Part shown: piece by piece, positions 1 through 8,999 of the stretch
How the letters are laid out: every line of letters begins with the position of its first letter
How positions within the stretch are numbered: position 1 is the first letter of the stretch
Source of the DNA: Gemmatimonadota bacterium
GTDB taxonomy: Bacteria; Gemmatimonadota; Gemmatimonadetes; Palauibacterales; Palauibacteraceae
Direction of reading: 5' to 3'
DNA: 64,000 nt
NCBI GenBank assembly: GCA_963666735.1
Contig: OY762926.1
Span: 1,792,001-1,856,000, forward strand
Made by a program: the position numbers and the translations under genes
The notes under the pieces: generated by a model
Seen by the model: only the letters and a program-made list of their open reading frames with translations
What the model was told of the DNA's origin: nothing
The model's database searches: none

Positions 1-306
1 CGTATAGATCCAGGTTGAGAACTTCCGTGCGGGATCGAACCGGTGGAGGTGCCGGTAGACGCGCACGAAGGTCTCCTGCACGAGATCCTCGGCACGGTCC
101 CGGTCTCCGATGGTGCGGTAGATGAAGTTGAGCAGGCGGTCCTGGTAGCGCTCGGCAATCTCGTTGAACGCGAAGCGCTGCCCCCCGAGGTAATGGGTGA
201 CGAGTTCGGCATCCTCGAGGCGCTTCAACTCCCCGCGCCCGAGTGGTTCCATCTCCTCCGGCGCCGCGTATTGCCTCACGACTTCGAGGTTCGGCTTCGT
301 GTCCAT
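1..306 (-). CDS. ECF (sigma-24/RpoE-like) RNA polymerase sigma factor, N-terminal part (runs off window start)
   Basis: Not in the ORF track. Manual translation from ATG 306 gives MDTKPNLEVV...DAELVTHYLGGQRFAFNEIAERYQDRLLNFIYRTIGDRDRAEDLVQETFVRVYRHLHRFDPARKFSTWIYT, a typical sigma region 2. AAAGGAAG RBS upstream. Confidence 0.92.
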   Translation of the reverse strand, partial: MDTKPNLEVVRQYAAPEEMEPLGRGELKRLEDAELVTHYLGGQRFAFNEIAERYQDRLLNFIYRTIGDRDRAEDLVQETFVRVYRHLHRFDPARKFSTWIYT

Positions 307-336
307 GCCGCTTCCTTTGCAGGCGAGTTCGGCGCG

Positions 337-984
337 TTAAACCCCGTTGCCGCCGATTCGGTCCATCCGGCGGGCAACCCAGCGCGCCGCGAGGGTCAGC
401 GCACAGATGGTCTTGCCATCGCTGATCTCTCCCGCATCGATCATCTCGATGGTACGGCGCAGGGGCAGCCGATGCACATCCATGAACTCGCTCGCCTCGT
501 GACTCGTCTCCCCCGCCTCCAGATCCCACGCCGCGAAGAGGTGGATGACCTCGTCCGTGAAACCCGGCGTCGTGTGTACGGAGGCCAGCCGCTCCAGGCG
601 TCCGGCACGCAGCCCCGCCTCCTCTTCCAGTTCCCGGAGAGCGCACGCCTCGGAGGGCTCGCCGGGCTCCAGGTTGCCGGCCGGCACCTCCCAGATGAAG
701 CCGCCGGCGGCGTACCGGTATTGACGCACCAGCGTGACGACGGGCTCGCGCGGGGGCGCGGCGCCGGCCTCGCCGGAAGGCTCGGGAAGGTCCAGCGCGA
801 CGACGGCGGCGGCGCCGGAGTGGCGGATCAATTCGAGCCGGCCGATGGACCCGTCCGGGAATCGCACGCGATCCACGTCGACGTGGACCCTGCGGCCGGA
901 GTAGACGCGCTCTCCGTCCACGCGGCCCGTCGAGGCGCCGCGCCCGGCGCCTTCGCGCGCGCCGCCGGTCCGGGCGTCGGTCAC
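337..984 (-). CDS. NUDIX hydrolase (ADP-ribose pyrophosphatase-like)
   Basis: C-terminal part of ORF 337..2382. Nudix box GNLEPGEPSEACALRELEEEAG, plus RQYRY and TPGFTDE. GTG start overlaps the upstream TGA (GTGA at 981-984). Confidence 0.9.
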   Translation of the reverse strand: MTDARTGGAREGAGRGASTGRVDGERVYSGRRVHVDVDRVRFPDGSIGRLELIRHSGAAAVVALDLPEPSGEAGAAPPREPVVTLVRQYRYAAGGFIWEVPAGNLEPGEPSEACALRELEEEAGLRAGRLERLASVHTTPGFTDEVIHLFAAWDLEAGETSHEASEFMDVHRLPLRRTIEMIDAGEISDGKTICALTLAARWVARRMDRIGGNGV

Positions 985-2354
985 GGCGTGCTCGAGACGG
1001 ACCGCACGTCCACGGGCTCGAAGCCATCGAGCGTCGGCGCGGCCGTCGCCGCGTCGCCGACCGCGAGGAGCGTGAGGCGGTCGGGATCGAGGTACCTGCG
1101 GCAAGCCTCCCGCACCTCGTCCGCCGTCACGGCCTCGATGCGCGAACGGTACGTCTCCCAGTAATCGTCGGCGAGGCCGAATACGCGCTGGCGGCTCACC
1201 TTGCCGCAAATCTGCACCGCGGTCTCGAACTGGAGCGGGAGGGAGAGCGTCAGTGCGTTGCGGGCCAGCTTCATTTCGTCGGCGGTGACGGGTGTGGTGC
1301 GCATGGTCTCGATCTCGCCCAGGATCTCCTCGAACGCGGGTCCGGTCCGGGCGCACTCGACGGCCGTGCGCGTGACGAAGGGTCCCGCGCCCCGGCGGAA
1401 CCGAAAACTCGATCTCGCCCCGTAGGTCCACCCTTTCTCTTCGCGCAGATTGAGGTTGATCCGGGAGTTGAAGAGGCCGCCGAGGATCGCGTTGGCCACG
1501 ATGATCGCGTAGTGGTCCGCCGTGTTGTAGGGGGCGCCCACGGTCGCGACGCGGATCTCGCTCTGGGCGCTGCCGGGCCGGTCGATGAGGATGAGGTCGT
1601 TCCCCCGCGGGGCCGGCGTTTCCGGGGCCGGGACACGGGCGGTCTCGCCGCTCCAGCCGCCGAAAAGCGTCTCCGCTGCGGACATGAGACGCTCGCGGTC
1701 GAGGTCGCCGCACGCGATGAGGAGGGCGCCTCCGGGGCGATAGCGTGCGGCGTGGAACTCCCGCACCGCTTCCGGGCCGATCTTCGACACGGTGGCAGCG
1801 GTGCCGGCGACCGGGCGGCCGTAGAGGCGGTCGCCGTAGAGTTCGGCGATGGTGGCAAGGCCCGCGACGGTCGCCGGATCGTCTGCCTGGCGTTCGATTT
1901 CGTCGATGCGCTCGCGGCGGATGCGTTCGACTTCGTGCTCGGGGAACTCGGAATCGAGGATGGTGGCGGCGAGGAACTCGAGGGCGTCCTCGAACACCTC
2001 CGAAAGGAAGTGCATGGAGACGGCCCCGACGGCGTAGCCCACCGTCGCGCGGTAGCCGACGCCGAGGCGGTCGAGCCAGCGCGCCATCTCGATGGCGTCC
2101 CGGCCGGGGGCGCCGGCGGTGAGGAGCCGGGCGGTCAGTTCGCCGAGACCGCCGAGTGCCGGCGGTTCGACGCCCGCGCCGCATTCGAGGACGAGGTGGA
2201 GCGATACTTCGGGCAGACCGGGTCGCTCGGCGTGCTCGACCCGCAGGCCGTTGGGGAGCGTGTGCCGCTCGAAGCGCGGCAGCGCGAGCGCGCGCCGTGC
2301 GGCCGGCGCCGGACGCACGGCGCGGTCGGGGGTCGCGGTTCGGGGGTTCGTCAC
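981..2354 (-). CDS. M16 (pitrilysin) family peptidase, non-catalytic subunit
   Basis: TLPNGLRV and LGGLFNSRINLNLREEKGWTYG motifs; no HxxEH; coupled to the upstream M16 gene. Confidence 0.9.
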   Translation of the reverse strand: MTNPRTATPDRAVRPAPAARRALALPRFERHTLPNGLRVEHAERPGLPEVSLHLVLECGAGVEPPALGGLGELTARLLTAGAPGRDAIEMARWLDRLGVGYRATVGYAVGAVSMHFLSEVFEDALEFLAATILDSEFPEHEVERIRRERIDEIERQADDPATVAGLATIAELYGDRLYGRPVAGTAATVSKIGPEAVREFHAARYRPGGALLIACGDLDRERLMSAAETLFGGWSGETARVPAPETPAPRGNDLILIDRPGSAQSEIRVATVGAPYNTADHYAIIVANAILGGLFNSRINLNLREEKGWTYGARSSFRFRRGAGPFVTRTAVECARTGPAFEEILGEIETMRTTPVTADEMKLARNALTLSLPLQFETAVQICGKVSRQRVFGLADDYWETYRSRIEAVTADEVREACRRYLDPDRLTLLAVGDAATAAPTLDGFEPVDVRSVSSTP

Positions 2355-3685
2355 GGCGTCTCCTCCGTCGTGTCCGCCGCATCCGTTGCGTCCCGGCCCT
2401 CCGCGCCCTCTTCGGGCACGACGTGGAGGACCGTGAGGCCGCGCGGGTCGAACACGGTGTGGGCCACGCGCTCCACGTCCGGGCGGGCTACGGCTCCGTA
2501 GCGCGCGAAAGCATCGTTCACGTAGCCGGCGTCCCCGCGCAACACGGCGGCATGCGCGATCGCGTCCGCCCGGTCGCCGAAGCCCGCGCGCCCGTTCAGG
2601 AGCCCGCGCCGGGCGCGGTTGCGCGCCCCCTCCATTTCTTCCTCTTCGACGCCGCCGCGGAGCAGGTCATCGATGACGTCCCTCACCTCCGTCTCGAGGT
2701 CGGCGGCGGCGACGCCGGGGCGGGCGGTCGCGACGACGAAGCACATTCCGGCGCTCTCGGTCGGCCACGTGAAGGAGATCACGTCGGCCGCCATCTGCTT
2801 TTCGTACACGAGCGTCTTCTCGAAGCGGGAACTGTTCCCGTCGGCGAGCAGGTAGTTGAGGGTGACGACGGCCTCGAAGTCGGGGTCCGCGTAGCGCGGC
2901 GAATGATACATGAGGTACACGCGGGGCATCTGAACGCGGTCCCGAAGGAGCGCGCGCCGCTCTCCACCTCGCTCCGGCACGGGGACGTCCGGGCGCGGCG
3001 CCACGGGTCGCGGGGGAATCTCGCCGAACCAGGTCTCGACGCGCTTCAGGGCTTCGCGCGGATCGAAGTCGCCGGCGAGCACGAGGGTCGCGTTGTTGGG
3101 CCCGTAGTGAAGGTCGAAGAACTCGTGGACGTCCTCGAGCCGGGCCGCATCGATGTCGGACATGTAGCCGATGGTCGGATGACGGTAGGGGTGTCCCTCG
3201 TCGTAGGCGCGCTCGAGCAGGGTCTCGAACGCGAGGCCGTAGGGGCGGTTCTCGTACGACTGCCGCCGCTCGTTCTTCACGACCTCGCGCTGGTTGTCGA
3301 GCTTCTCCTGGGTGATCCCGGGCTTGAAGAACCCCATGCGGTCGGACTCCAGCCACAGGCCGAGATCGAGTTCGTTCGCGGGCAGGGTCTCGAAGTAGTT
3401 CGTGCGGTCGAACCACGTCGTCCCGTTGAGCGTGCCGCCGGCATCCTGGACGAGCTTGAAGTGCTGCTCCTTCGCCACGTGCTCGGATCCCTGGAAGAGG
3501 AGATGCTCGAAGAGGTGCGCGAAGCCGGTTCGGCCGGCGCGCTCGTTCTTCGATCCCACATGGTACATGACGTGAACGGCGACGAGGGGAGCGGACGCAT
3601 CGGGCTGCAGGACCACCCGCAACCCGTTGTCGAGCGTGTGCTCGCGGAGTTCGAGCCTCATCGTCGCGCGAGACGCTGGAACCAA
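2351..3685 (-). CDS. M16 family zinc protease, catalytic subunit
   Basis: TGFAHLFEHLLFQGS (inverted HxxEH), NGTTWFDRTNYFE, EVVKNERR; GGAAGGAG RBS before the TTG start. Confidence 0.93.
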   Translation of the reverse strand: MVPASRATMRLELREHTLDNGLRVVLQPDASAPLVAVHVMYHVGSKNERAGRTGFAHLFEHLLFQGSEHVAKEQHFKLVQDAGGTLNGTTWFDRTNYFETLPANELDLGLWLESDRMGFFKPGITQEKLDNQREVVKNERRQSYENRPYGLAFETLLERAYDEGHPYRHPTIGYMSDIDAARLEDVHEFFDLHYGPNNATLVLAGDFDPREALKRVETWFGEIPPRPVAPRPDVPVPERGGERRALLRDRVQMPRVYLMYHSPRYADPDFEAVVTLNYLLADGNSSRFEKTLVYEKQMAADVISFTWPTESAGMCFVVATARPGVAAADLETEVRDVIDDLLRGGVEEEEMEGARNRARRGLLNGRAGFGDRADAIAHAAVLRGDAGYVNDAFARYGAVARPDVERVAHTVFDPRGLTVLHVVPEEGAEGRDATDAADTTEETP

Positions 3686-3705
3686 GTGACTCCTTCCTTT
3701 CCGTA

Positions 3706-3736
3706 GTGCTGCTCCCGGTGCTGCTCCCGGTGCTGC
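3706..3736. repeat. 12-bp tandem repeat GTGCTGCTCCCG x2.6
   Basis: Read directly between the rnpB 3' end and the M16 RBS. Confidence 0.85.
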
Positions 3737-3746
3737 AATGAAGTGA

Positions 3747-4139
3747 GGCGGAGGGAGATAAGCCGGGTTCTGTCACCGGCGGGCCAGGCCCGCGGCGAGG
3801 TCATCTATCTGGGACCTGCGGTTACCCGAGGCCTCCTGCGGCCTACCCGGAACTCTAACGCGACGGGCCGCCGCTCGTTCCTGCTTGGCCTTGCTCCCGG
3901 CGGGGTTTGCCGTGCCGCCCCTGTCTCCAGGAGACGCGGTGGGCTCTTACCCCACCCTTTCACCCTTGCCTGTGCGCCTGAACCCTTGCGGGTCGCAAGC
4001 CGCCATCGGCGGTCTGCTCTCTGTGGCACTTTCCGTCGCCTTGCGACGCCCGGGCGTTACCCGGCGCCGTGCCCTGCGGAGCCCGGACTTTCCTCGAACG
4101 GCGTGCATGCACCCGTCCGCGACCTCTTCTCCCTCCGCC
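3747..4139 (-). ncRNA. rnpB: RNase P RNA (bacterial type A)
   Basis: Minus strand has GAGGAAAGTCCGGGCTCC, AGTGCCACAGA, GGTGAAAGGGTGGGGTAAGAGCCCACCG and terminal ACAGAACCCGGCTTAT. P1 helix GGCGGAGGGAGA/TCTCCCTCCGCC closes the ends. Confidence 0.96.
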
Positions 4140-4273
4140 GCCGACAACCTAACCGATTGGCAACCCCTTGAGGAATTGTCTACTCTAAGGGTAGGAGGTG
4201 GAGTGTTCGGCGGAGGCGTTTGCCGGACCCGGAGTTCTTCCCGGAGAAGGAGTCGCGAACGCGCGTAAATCGT

Positions 4274-5407
4274 ATGCTACCCGAGTCTACAACACCCCGC
4301 TTGGCGATCGCCCTGTGGGCGCTGGGAATGACGGTCGCGGCGGTTCTTCCCGCGGCCTCCCAGGAAAACAGCCCCGACGGCCTGTCGTCGTATTACGTCT
4401 ACGTGGCGGCGGAATCGGAGGATCGCGTCGATCTCGTCCGGTTCGATGGCGCCGGTGCGTCGGTGCTGGATTCCGTCTTCGTGGGCCGCTTCCCGACGGA
4501 AATCGACGGGCCGCACGGCCTGACGGTCGATCCGAGCGGGGAACGGTGGTACGTGACGCTCGCCCACGGGAATCCCTTCGGCACGGTCGTCGCCTACTCC
4601 ACGGAGACGAACCGCCCGCTCGGGAGCGCCGAACTGGGGCTCTTCCCCGCCACCATGCAGGTGACGCCGGCAGGCCTCCTCTTCGCGGCGAACTTCAACC
4701 TGCACGGCGAACACGAGCCGGGTTCGGTGTCCGTCGTCGACGTCGGCGCGATGATCGAGGTGGCGCAGATTTCGACCTGCACGATGCCGCACGGGTCGCG
4801 GCTCACGGCGGACGGGTCGCGGCACTACTCGGTGTGCATGATGGATGAGATGCTCGTGGAGGTCGACGCGCACCGGCTCGAGGTCGCGCGGCGCTTTCTC
4901 CTCGCCCCGGGTCTGGAACAGGCGTGGCCGCACGACTGGCTCCCGACGCGGCCCGTGGGGGCGCCCGGGTGCAGCCCGACATGGGCACACCCGGCCGTGG
5001 ACGGACGCCATGTGTACGTCGCGTGCAACCGGAACGCGGAGGTGCTGGAAATCGATGCGGAGGCGTGGCGCGTGACACGGCGATTCGAGACGGGCGAGGG
5101 TCCGTACAATCTCGATGTGTCCCCGGACGGCGCCCACCTCGTCGTCACGTACAAGAGCGGGCAGGCGACCGGCATCTGGGATCTGGCCAGCGGGACGGAA
5201 ACGGCGCGGGTTCCGAACACGCGGACGCTGCCGCACGGAATCGCGATATCTCCGGATTCGCGCTACGCCTTCGTGAGCGTGGAGGGCGTGGGCGGAGAGC
5301 CGGGAACAGTGGACGTGATCGACCTCCGGGCCGGCGTCCGGGCGGCCAGCGTGGACGTCGGTAAGCAGGCGGGCGGCATCGCCTTCTGGAAGGTGGAGTC
5401 GCGGTGA
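4274..5407 (+). CDS. Secreted YncE/YVTN-type beta-propeller protein
   Basis: Signal peptide; repeated propeller blades (PHGLTVDPSG, PHGSRLTADG, PYNLDVSPDG, PHGIAISPDS). Start chosen at ATG 4274. Confidence 0.8.
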   Translation: MLPESTTPRLAIALWALGMTVAAVLPAASQENSPDGLSSYYVYVAAESEDRVDLVRFDGAGASVLDSVFVGRFPTEIDGPHGLTVDPSGERWYVTLAHGNPFGTVVAYSTETNRPLGSAELGLFPATMQVTPAGLLFAANFNLHGEHEPGSVSVVDVGAMIEVAQISTCTMPHGSRLTADGSRHYSVCMMDEMLVEVDAHRLEVARRFLLAPGLEQAWPHDWLPTRPVGAPGCSPTWAHPAVDGRHVYVACNRNAEVLEIDAEAWRVTRRFETGEGPYNLDVSPDGAHLVVTYKSGQATGIWDLASGTETARVPNTRTLPHGIAISPDSRYAFVSVEGVGGEPGTVDVIDLRAGVRAASVDVGKQAGGIAFWKVESR

Positions 5408-8322
5408 GGCGCGGCGCTCGGACCGTACTCGCGGGGATGCTCGCGGGAGTGCTCGCCGTCGCGTGCGGGGACGCGGGAAGCACGGAGGTCGGCTCTCCGC
5501 CGACGACGCTGGTGCCCGTTTCCGCCGCCGTGGACACGATCGTGACGGGCGAGGCCACGGACCCCCCGATCGCGGTTCGGGTCGAGGATGCGCTCGGAAA
5601 CGCGGTCGAAGGGGCGCCGGTCCGCTTCGTCATCGTGAGGGGCGAGGGCGAGCTTTCGCCGGGGGTCGCCGTCGCGGGGCGGGACGGCGTCGCGGAATCG
5701 GTCTACCGCGCGGGCCCCACGCCGGGCCAGGCGGAGATCCAGGCGGACATCCCGAGCGCGGCGAACGTCCCACCGCTCCGCTTTCTCGTTCTCGCGGAGG
5801 CCGCGGACACGGTGCTTCTCAGCATCGTGGAGGGAGACGGCCAGCAAGCGGAGGCGGGAAGCCAGCTGCCGCTTCCGTTCTCCATCCGGGCGGAGACGAT
5901 GAGCGGAGCCCCGGCCGGCGGCGTCCGCATCGCCTTCGAATGGACGACGCCGGAAGCAACCCCGGACGTGCCGGAAGCTGAGGAAACGCCGGGACTGCTG
6001 GAGGCGGGGGACACGGCGGCGGTGGCGGAAGCGCAGGAACCGCCCGCACCGGAGGAGTCGCCGGAGAGCGGGGGTGCCCTCACGCACGACGTCGTGATGA
6101 CGGACGCGGACGGACGGGGCGGCGCCGTCTTCACGCTGGGCTCGCGGCCGGGCGACTACCGGATCCACGTCTTCGCCACGGGCGGCGTGTACTCGGACAC
6201 GCTCTCCTTCTCGGCCAAGGCGCTCGCATCGCCGGGCGGGGCCGTCCAACTCGATTCGGTCGGGAACGGAAGACTCGCCGCAGGCACGCGGGCGCTCCTC
6301 CACGGCAGCGGCTTCCGGCCGGTGCCGGCCGACAACCAGGTCTGGATCGAAGGCACGGCGGCCACGGTGGCGAGTGCCACGGAGACGGAACTCACGGTTG
6401 AAGTGCCCGCTTTCGCCCGCACGTGCCTGCCCGAGCGCGAGGTCGGCGTGCGGGTGCTCGTGGGTTCCGACGCGAGCAACGGTCTTCTGCTTCCGATCGA
6501 ACCGGCCAACCAGCGCGTGGGCCTGGAGGTCGGCGAATCGCTTACCCTGCGCGGGCCGGTCGAGGTCGAATGCGTTCAGTTCCCGCCGGGAGCGCCGCTG
6601 GCAGCGGGAGAAACAGGAGACGCGGGCGAAACGGGAGGGGCGGGCGAGCCCGGGGCGCCGGAAGTCATCGGGGCCGCGACGCGAGAGTATCGGATCGTCA
6701 TCGGCAACACGGGGCGCAGCGCCTCCAGCGGGCTCCCGCTCCGGCTCACGCTGCGGACGCCCGGCGACATGTCGGGGGATGGCCCGGCGACCGCGGTGGG
6801 CCGCCGGGTGATCGACGCCGGGATCGCGGAGGCCGCGCTGGCCGGCACGCGCAGGGACATCGGGATACGCGCACGCACGCTTACGCAGCTTGTTCAGGCC
6901 CGCATCTCGCCCCTGCGGCCCGATGGATCGAGGGCGGTCTCGGCGCCGGCACCCGGAGACACGCTCGAGTACTTCTTCGCCGTCGGTGCGGAGTTGGCGG
7001 CCACCTGCGTCGACCCCGCGAGCACGGTACGGGGAACGGTGCGGGCCGTGGGCGAAGGCGTGGTCCTGGTGGAGGATGTCGCCGCGCCTGCCGGAGGTCC
7101 TACGGAGGAAGAGTGGCTCGCGCTCGCCCGGGCACTGGACGGGACGGTTCTCCCGGCGGTGACCTCCTATTTCGGCCCCCCGGAGGACATCGACCGGAAC
7201 GGGCGCGTCGTCGTCCTGTTCACGCCCGATGTGAACCGGCTCGGCGACGGCGAGGCGGGCGTCGGAGGGTTCTCCCTCCCTCAGGATCTTGCCGCTTCCG
7301 GACGGGGCGACGGCGAGTCATCGGACCCGGACGGCGGGATCTGCCCGGCGAGCAACGAGGCGGAGATCATCTACAGCGTGAGCGCGGACCCGGATGCGAC
7401 GCTCGGCCGCGCCATCTCGACGGAGGACCTGCTGCGCGAGACGCCCGCCCTCGTCGCGCATGAGGTGCAGCACATCGTCAGCGCGGGGCGCCGCGTGCCC
7501 GCTTCTTCAACAGGTTTCGGGGCAGCCGAGGAAGTATGGCTGGATGAGGCGCTTTCGGGTCTGGCCGAGGAAGTGGCGGGACTCGCCGCACTCGGGCTCC
7601 CCGTCGGCGATCGCCTCACCTTCGACCGCGTATCCGAGACGCCCGAGGCGCTCGACACATTCAATGCCTACATGCTGGGCAACTTCCGCAACCTCGGCCT
7701 GTACATGCTCGGACTCCCCGGGGCTCCCACGGTCTCGACGGACGACCTCGACGGCGTCGGCGGGCTGCAGATGCGAGGCTTCGGCTGGTTCCTCCTGCGA
7801 CGGCTCGCGGACCAGGCGGGCGGGGACGAACGGGCCTTCTTCCGGTCCGTCGTCGGGGGCGGAGAGAACCACGGGCGCGGGGTCGCGAACCTGGAGCGGG
7901 TCACCGGCCGGGAGTGGGCGAACATTCTGGCGGACATGTCGGTTTCGCTGGCGCTGGGCGCGCGGACGCTGGACGAGGGAATGGAGCGACCGTCGGGAGA
8001 GGACCCCGAAGCTGGGGGGGTGGGGCCGGAGGCGGGGCCGCCGCTCGCCGCGGCAACGTGGAACGCCACAGATGTGTTCCGATCCTTGAACGAGGATACG
8101 GACGCCCGGTCGGGTCTTCCGGCCGCGATCGCGCTCCGGGCCGAACCGCTGGGGTTTGAAACCCGAGTGCTGAGCCTCGACGTAGGGCCGTCGAGCGTAC
8201 AGTACTTCTCACTCGCCTCGGTTCCGGGCGCACCGGGCCTCTCGCTGTCGCTGGAAACGGCGGGAGGAACCCCGGCGGGTGAGACCGCGGAACCGCTAAT
8301 CACGATCGTGAGGACCAAATGA
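5404..8322 (+). CDS. Large lipoprotein with Ig-like and IPT/TIG domains and a C-terminal HExxH zinc-metallopeptidase-like domain
   Basis: Lipobox LAVAC; Ig-like motifs (VEDALGNAVEGAPVRF, EGDGQQAEAGSQLP); TIG-like GSGFRPVPADNQVWIEG; AHEVQH followed by WLDEALS. Confidence 0.75.
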   Translation: MRRGARTVLAGMLAGVLAVACGDAGSTEVGSPPTTLVPVSAAVDTIVTGEATDPPIAVRVEDALGNAVEGAPVRFVIVRGEGELSPGVAVAGRDGVAESVYRAGPTPGQAEIQADIPSAANVPPLRFLVLAEAADTVLLSIVEGDGQQAEAGSQLPLPFSIRAETMSGAPAGGVRIAFEWTTPEATPDVPEAEETPGLLEAGDTAAVAEAQEPPAPEESPESGGALTHDVVMTDADGRGGAVFTLGSRPGDYRIHVFATGGVYSDTLSFSAKALASPGGAVQLDSVGNGRLAAGTRALLHGSGFRPVPADNQVWIEGTAATVASATETELTVEVPAFARTCLPEREVGVRVLVGSDASNGLLLPIEPANQRVGLEVGESLTLRGPVEVECVQFPPGAPLAAGETGDAGETGGAGEPGAPEVIGAATREYRIVIGNTGRSASSGLPLRLTLRTPGDMSGDGPATAVGRRVIDAGIAEAALAGTRRDIGIRARTLTQLVQARISPLRPDGSRAVSAPAPGDTLEYFFAVGAELAATCVDPASTVRGTVRAVGEGVVLVEDVAAPAGGPTEEEWLALARALDGTVLPAVTSYFGPPEDIDRNGRVVVLFTPDVNRLGDGEAGVGGFSLPQDLAASGRGDGESSDPDGGICPASNEAEIIYSVSADPDATLGRAISTEDLLRETPALVAHEVQHIVSAGRRVPASSTGFGAAEEVWLDEALSGLAEEVAGLAALGLPVGDRLTFDRVSETPEALDTFNAYMLGNFRNLGLYMLGLPGAPTVSTDDLDGVGGLQMRGFGWFLLRRLADQAGGDERAFFRSVVGGGENHGRGVANLERVTGREWANILADMSVSLALGARTLDEGMERPSGEDPEAGGVGPEAGPPLAAATWNATDVFRSLNEDTDARSGLPAAIALRAEPLGFETRVLSLDVGPSSVQYFSLASVPGAPGLSLSLETAGGTPAGETAEPLITIVRTK

Positions 8323-8963
8323 GACGCCTCTCCGGCGTTTTTCTCTTTCTCTGCGGGCTGTCTCTCGGAGCGTCGAAGCTGACAGCTCAGATGACTCCCG
8401 CCGTACCGTTCGGCGAGGATACCGGTCCGGAACTGTTCGGACTCGCCGGCGTCATCCAGCCCCTCAACAACCTCACGGACAATACCGGCGCGTACGGCAC
8501 CGTGATTCCGCCGGACGTGATGATGGGGGGCGAGGTGACCTACTGGGCTTCGCGCGCGGTCGGGATCGGCGTGATGGGGCTCTATTCCCCCGCGACGCTC
8601 GAAGCCGTCGCCGGCGGGCCCGGACGGGGACCCGGAACGCTCGGCGAAATGGAGTACCTGGCGGGCACGGTGAATCTGACGTTCCGACTGCGGTCGTCGG
8701 GCTCGGCGGGCGCGCTCGAACCCTACGTCACGATGGGCGGAGGGCTTCGGCAATTGAAGTTCTACGGTGCCGAAGTGCCGAAGCTCAGCGCGACGGACCC
8801 GATGGCGACGGCCGCGATCGGCGTCCGGGTCCATCTCGTGTCGTCGGTCTGGTTCCGGGGCGAACTGCGGGACATGGCGTCCTACTACATCTCCGCCGCG
8901 ACGGACGCGTCGAAACTCCAGAACGACATCGGCATCACGATCGGCTTCGGCGTCCGCTACTAG
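8319..8963 (+). CDS. Outer-membrane beta-barrel protein (OmpA/OmpW-like fold)
   Basis: Signal peptide, alternating beta strands, EPYVTMGGG, C-terminal aromatic (GFGVRY). Confidence 0.75.
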   Translation: MRRLSGVFLFLCGLSLGASKLTAQMTPAVPFGEDTGPELFGLAGVIQPLNNLTDNTGAYGTVIPPDVMMGGEVTYWASRAVGIGVMGLYSPATLEAVAGGPGRGPGTLGEMEYLAGTVNLTFRLRSSGSAGALEPYVTMGGGLRQLKFYGAEVPKLSATDPMATAAIGVRVHLVSSVWFRGELRDMASYYISAATDASKLQNDIGITIGFGVRY

Positions 8964-8999
8964 TCCGGCAGCCTGCCGCGGAGCCGGTTCCGCGGCGGG

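Noticed and set aside
43..1164. 373-aa plus-strand ORF
   Set aside because: Antisense shadow of the ECF sigma factor and NUDIX genes, which carry clear motifs on the minus strand.
3743..4268. Several short ORFs on both strands
   Set aside because: They overlap the RNase P RNA gene; no protein motifs.
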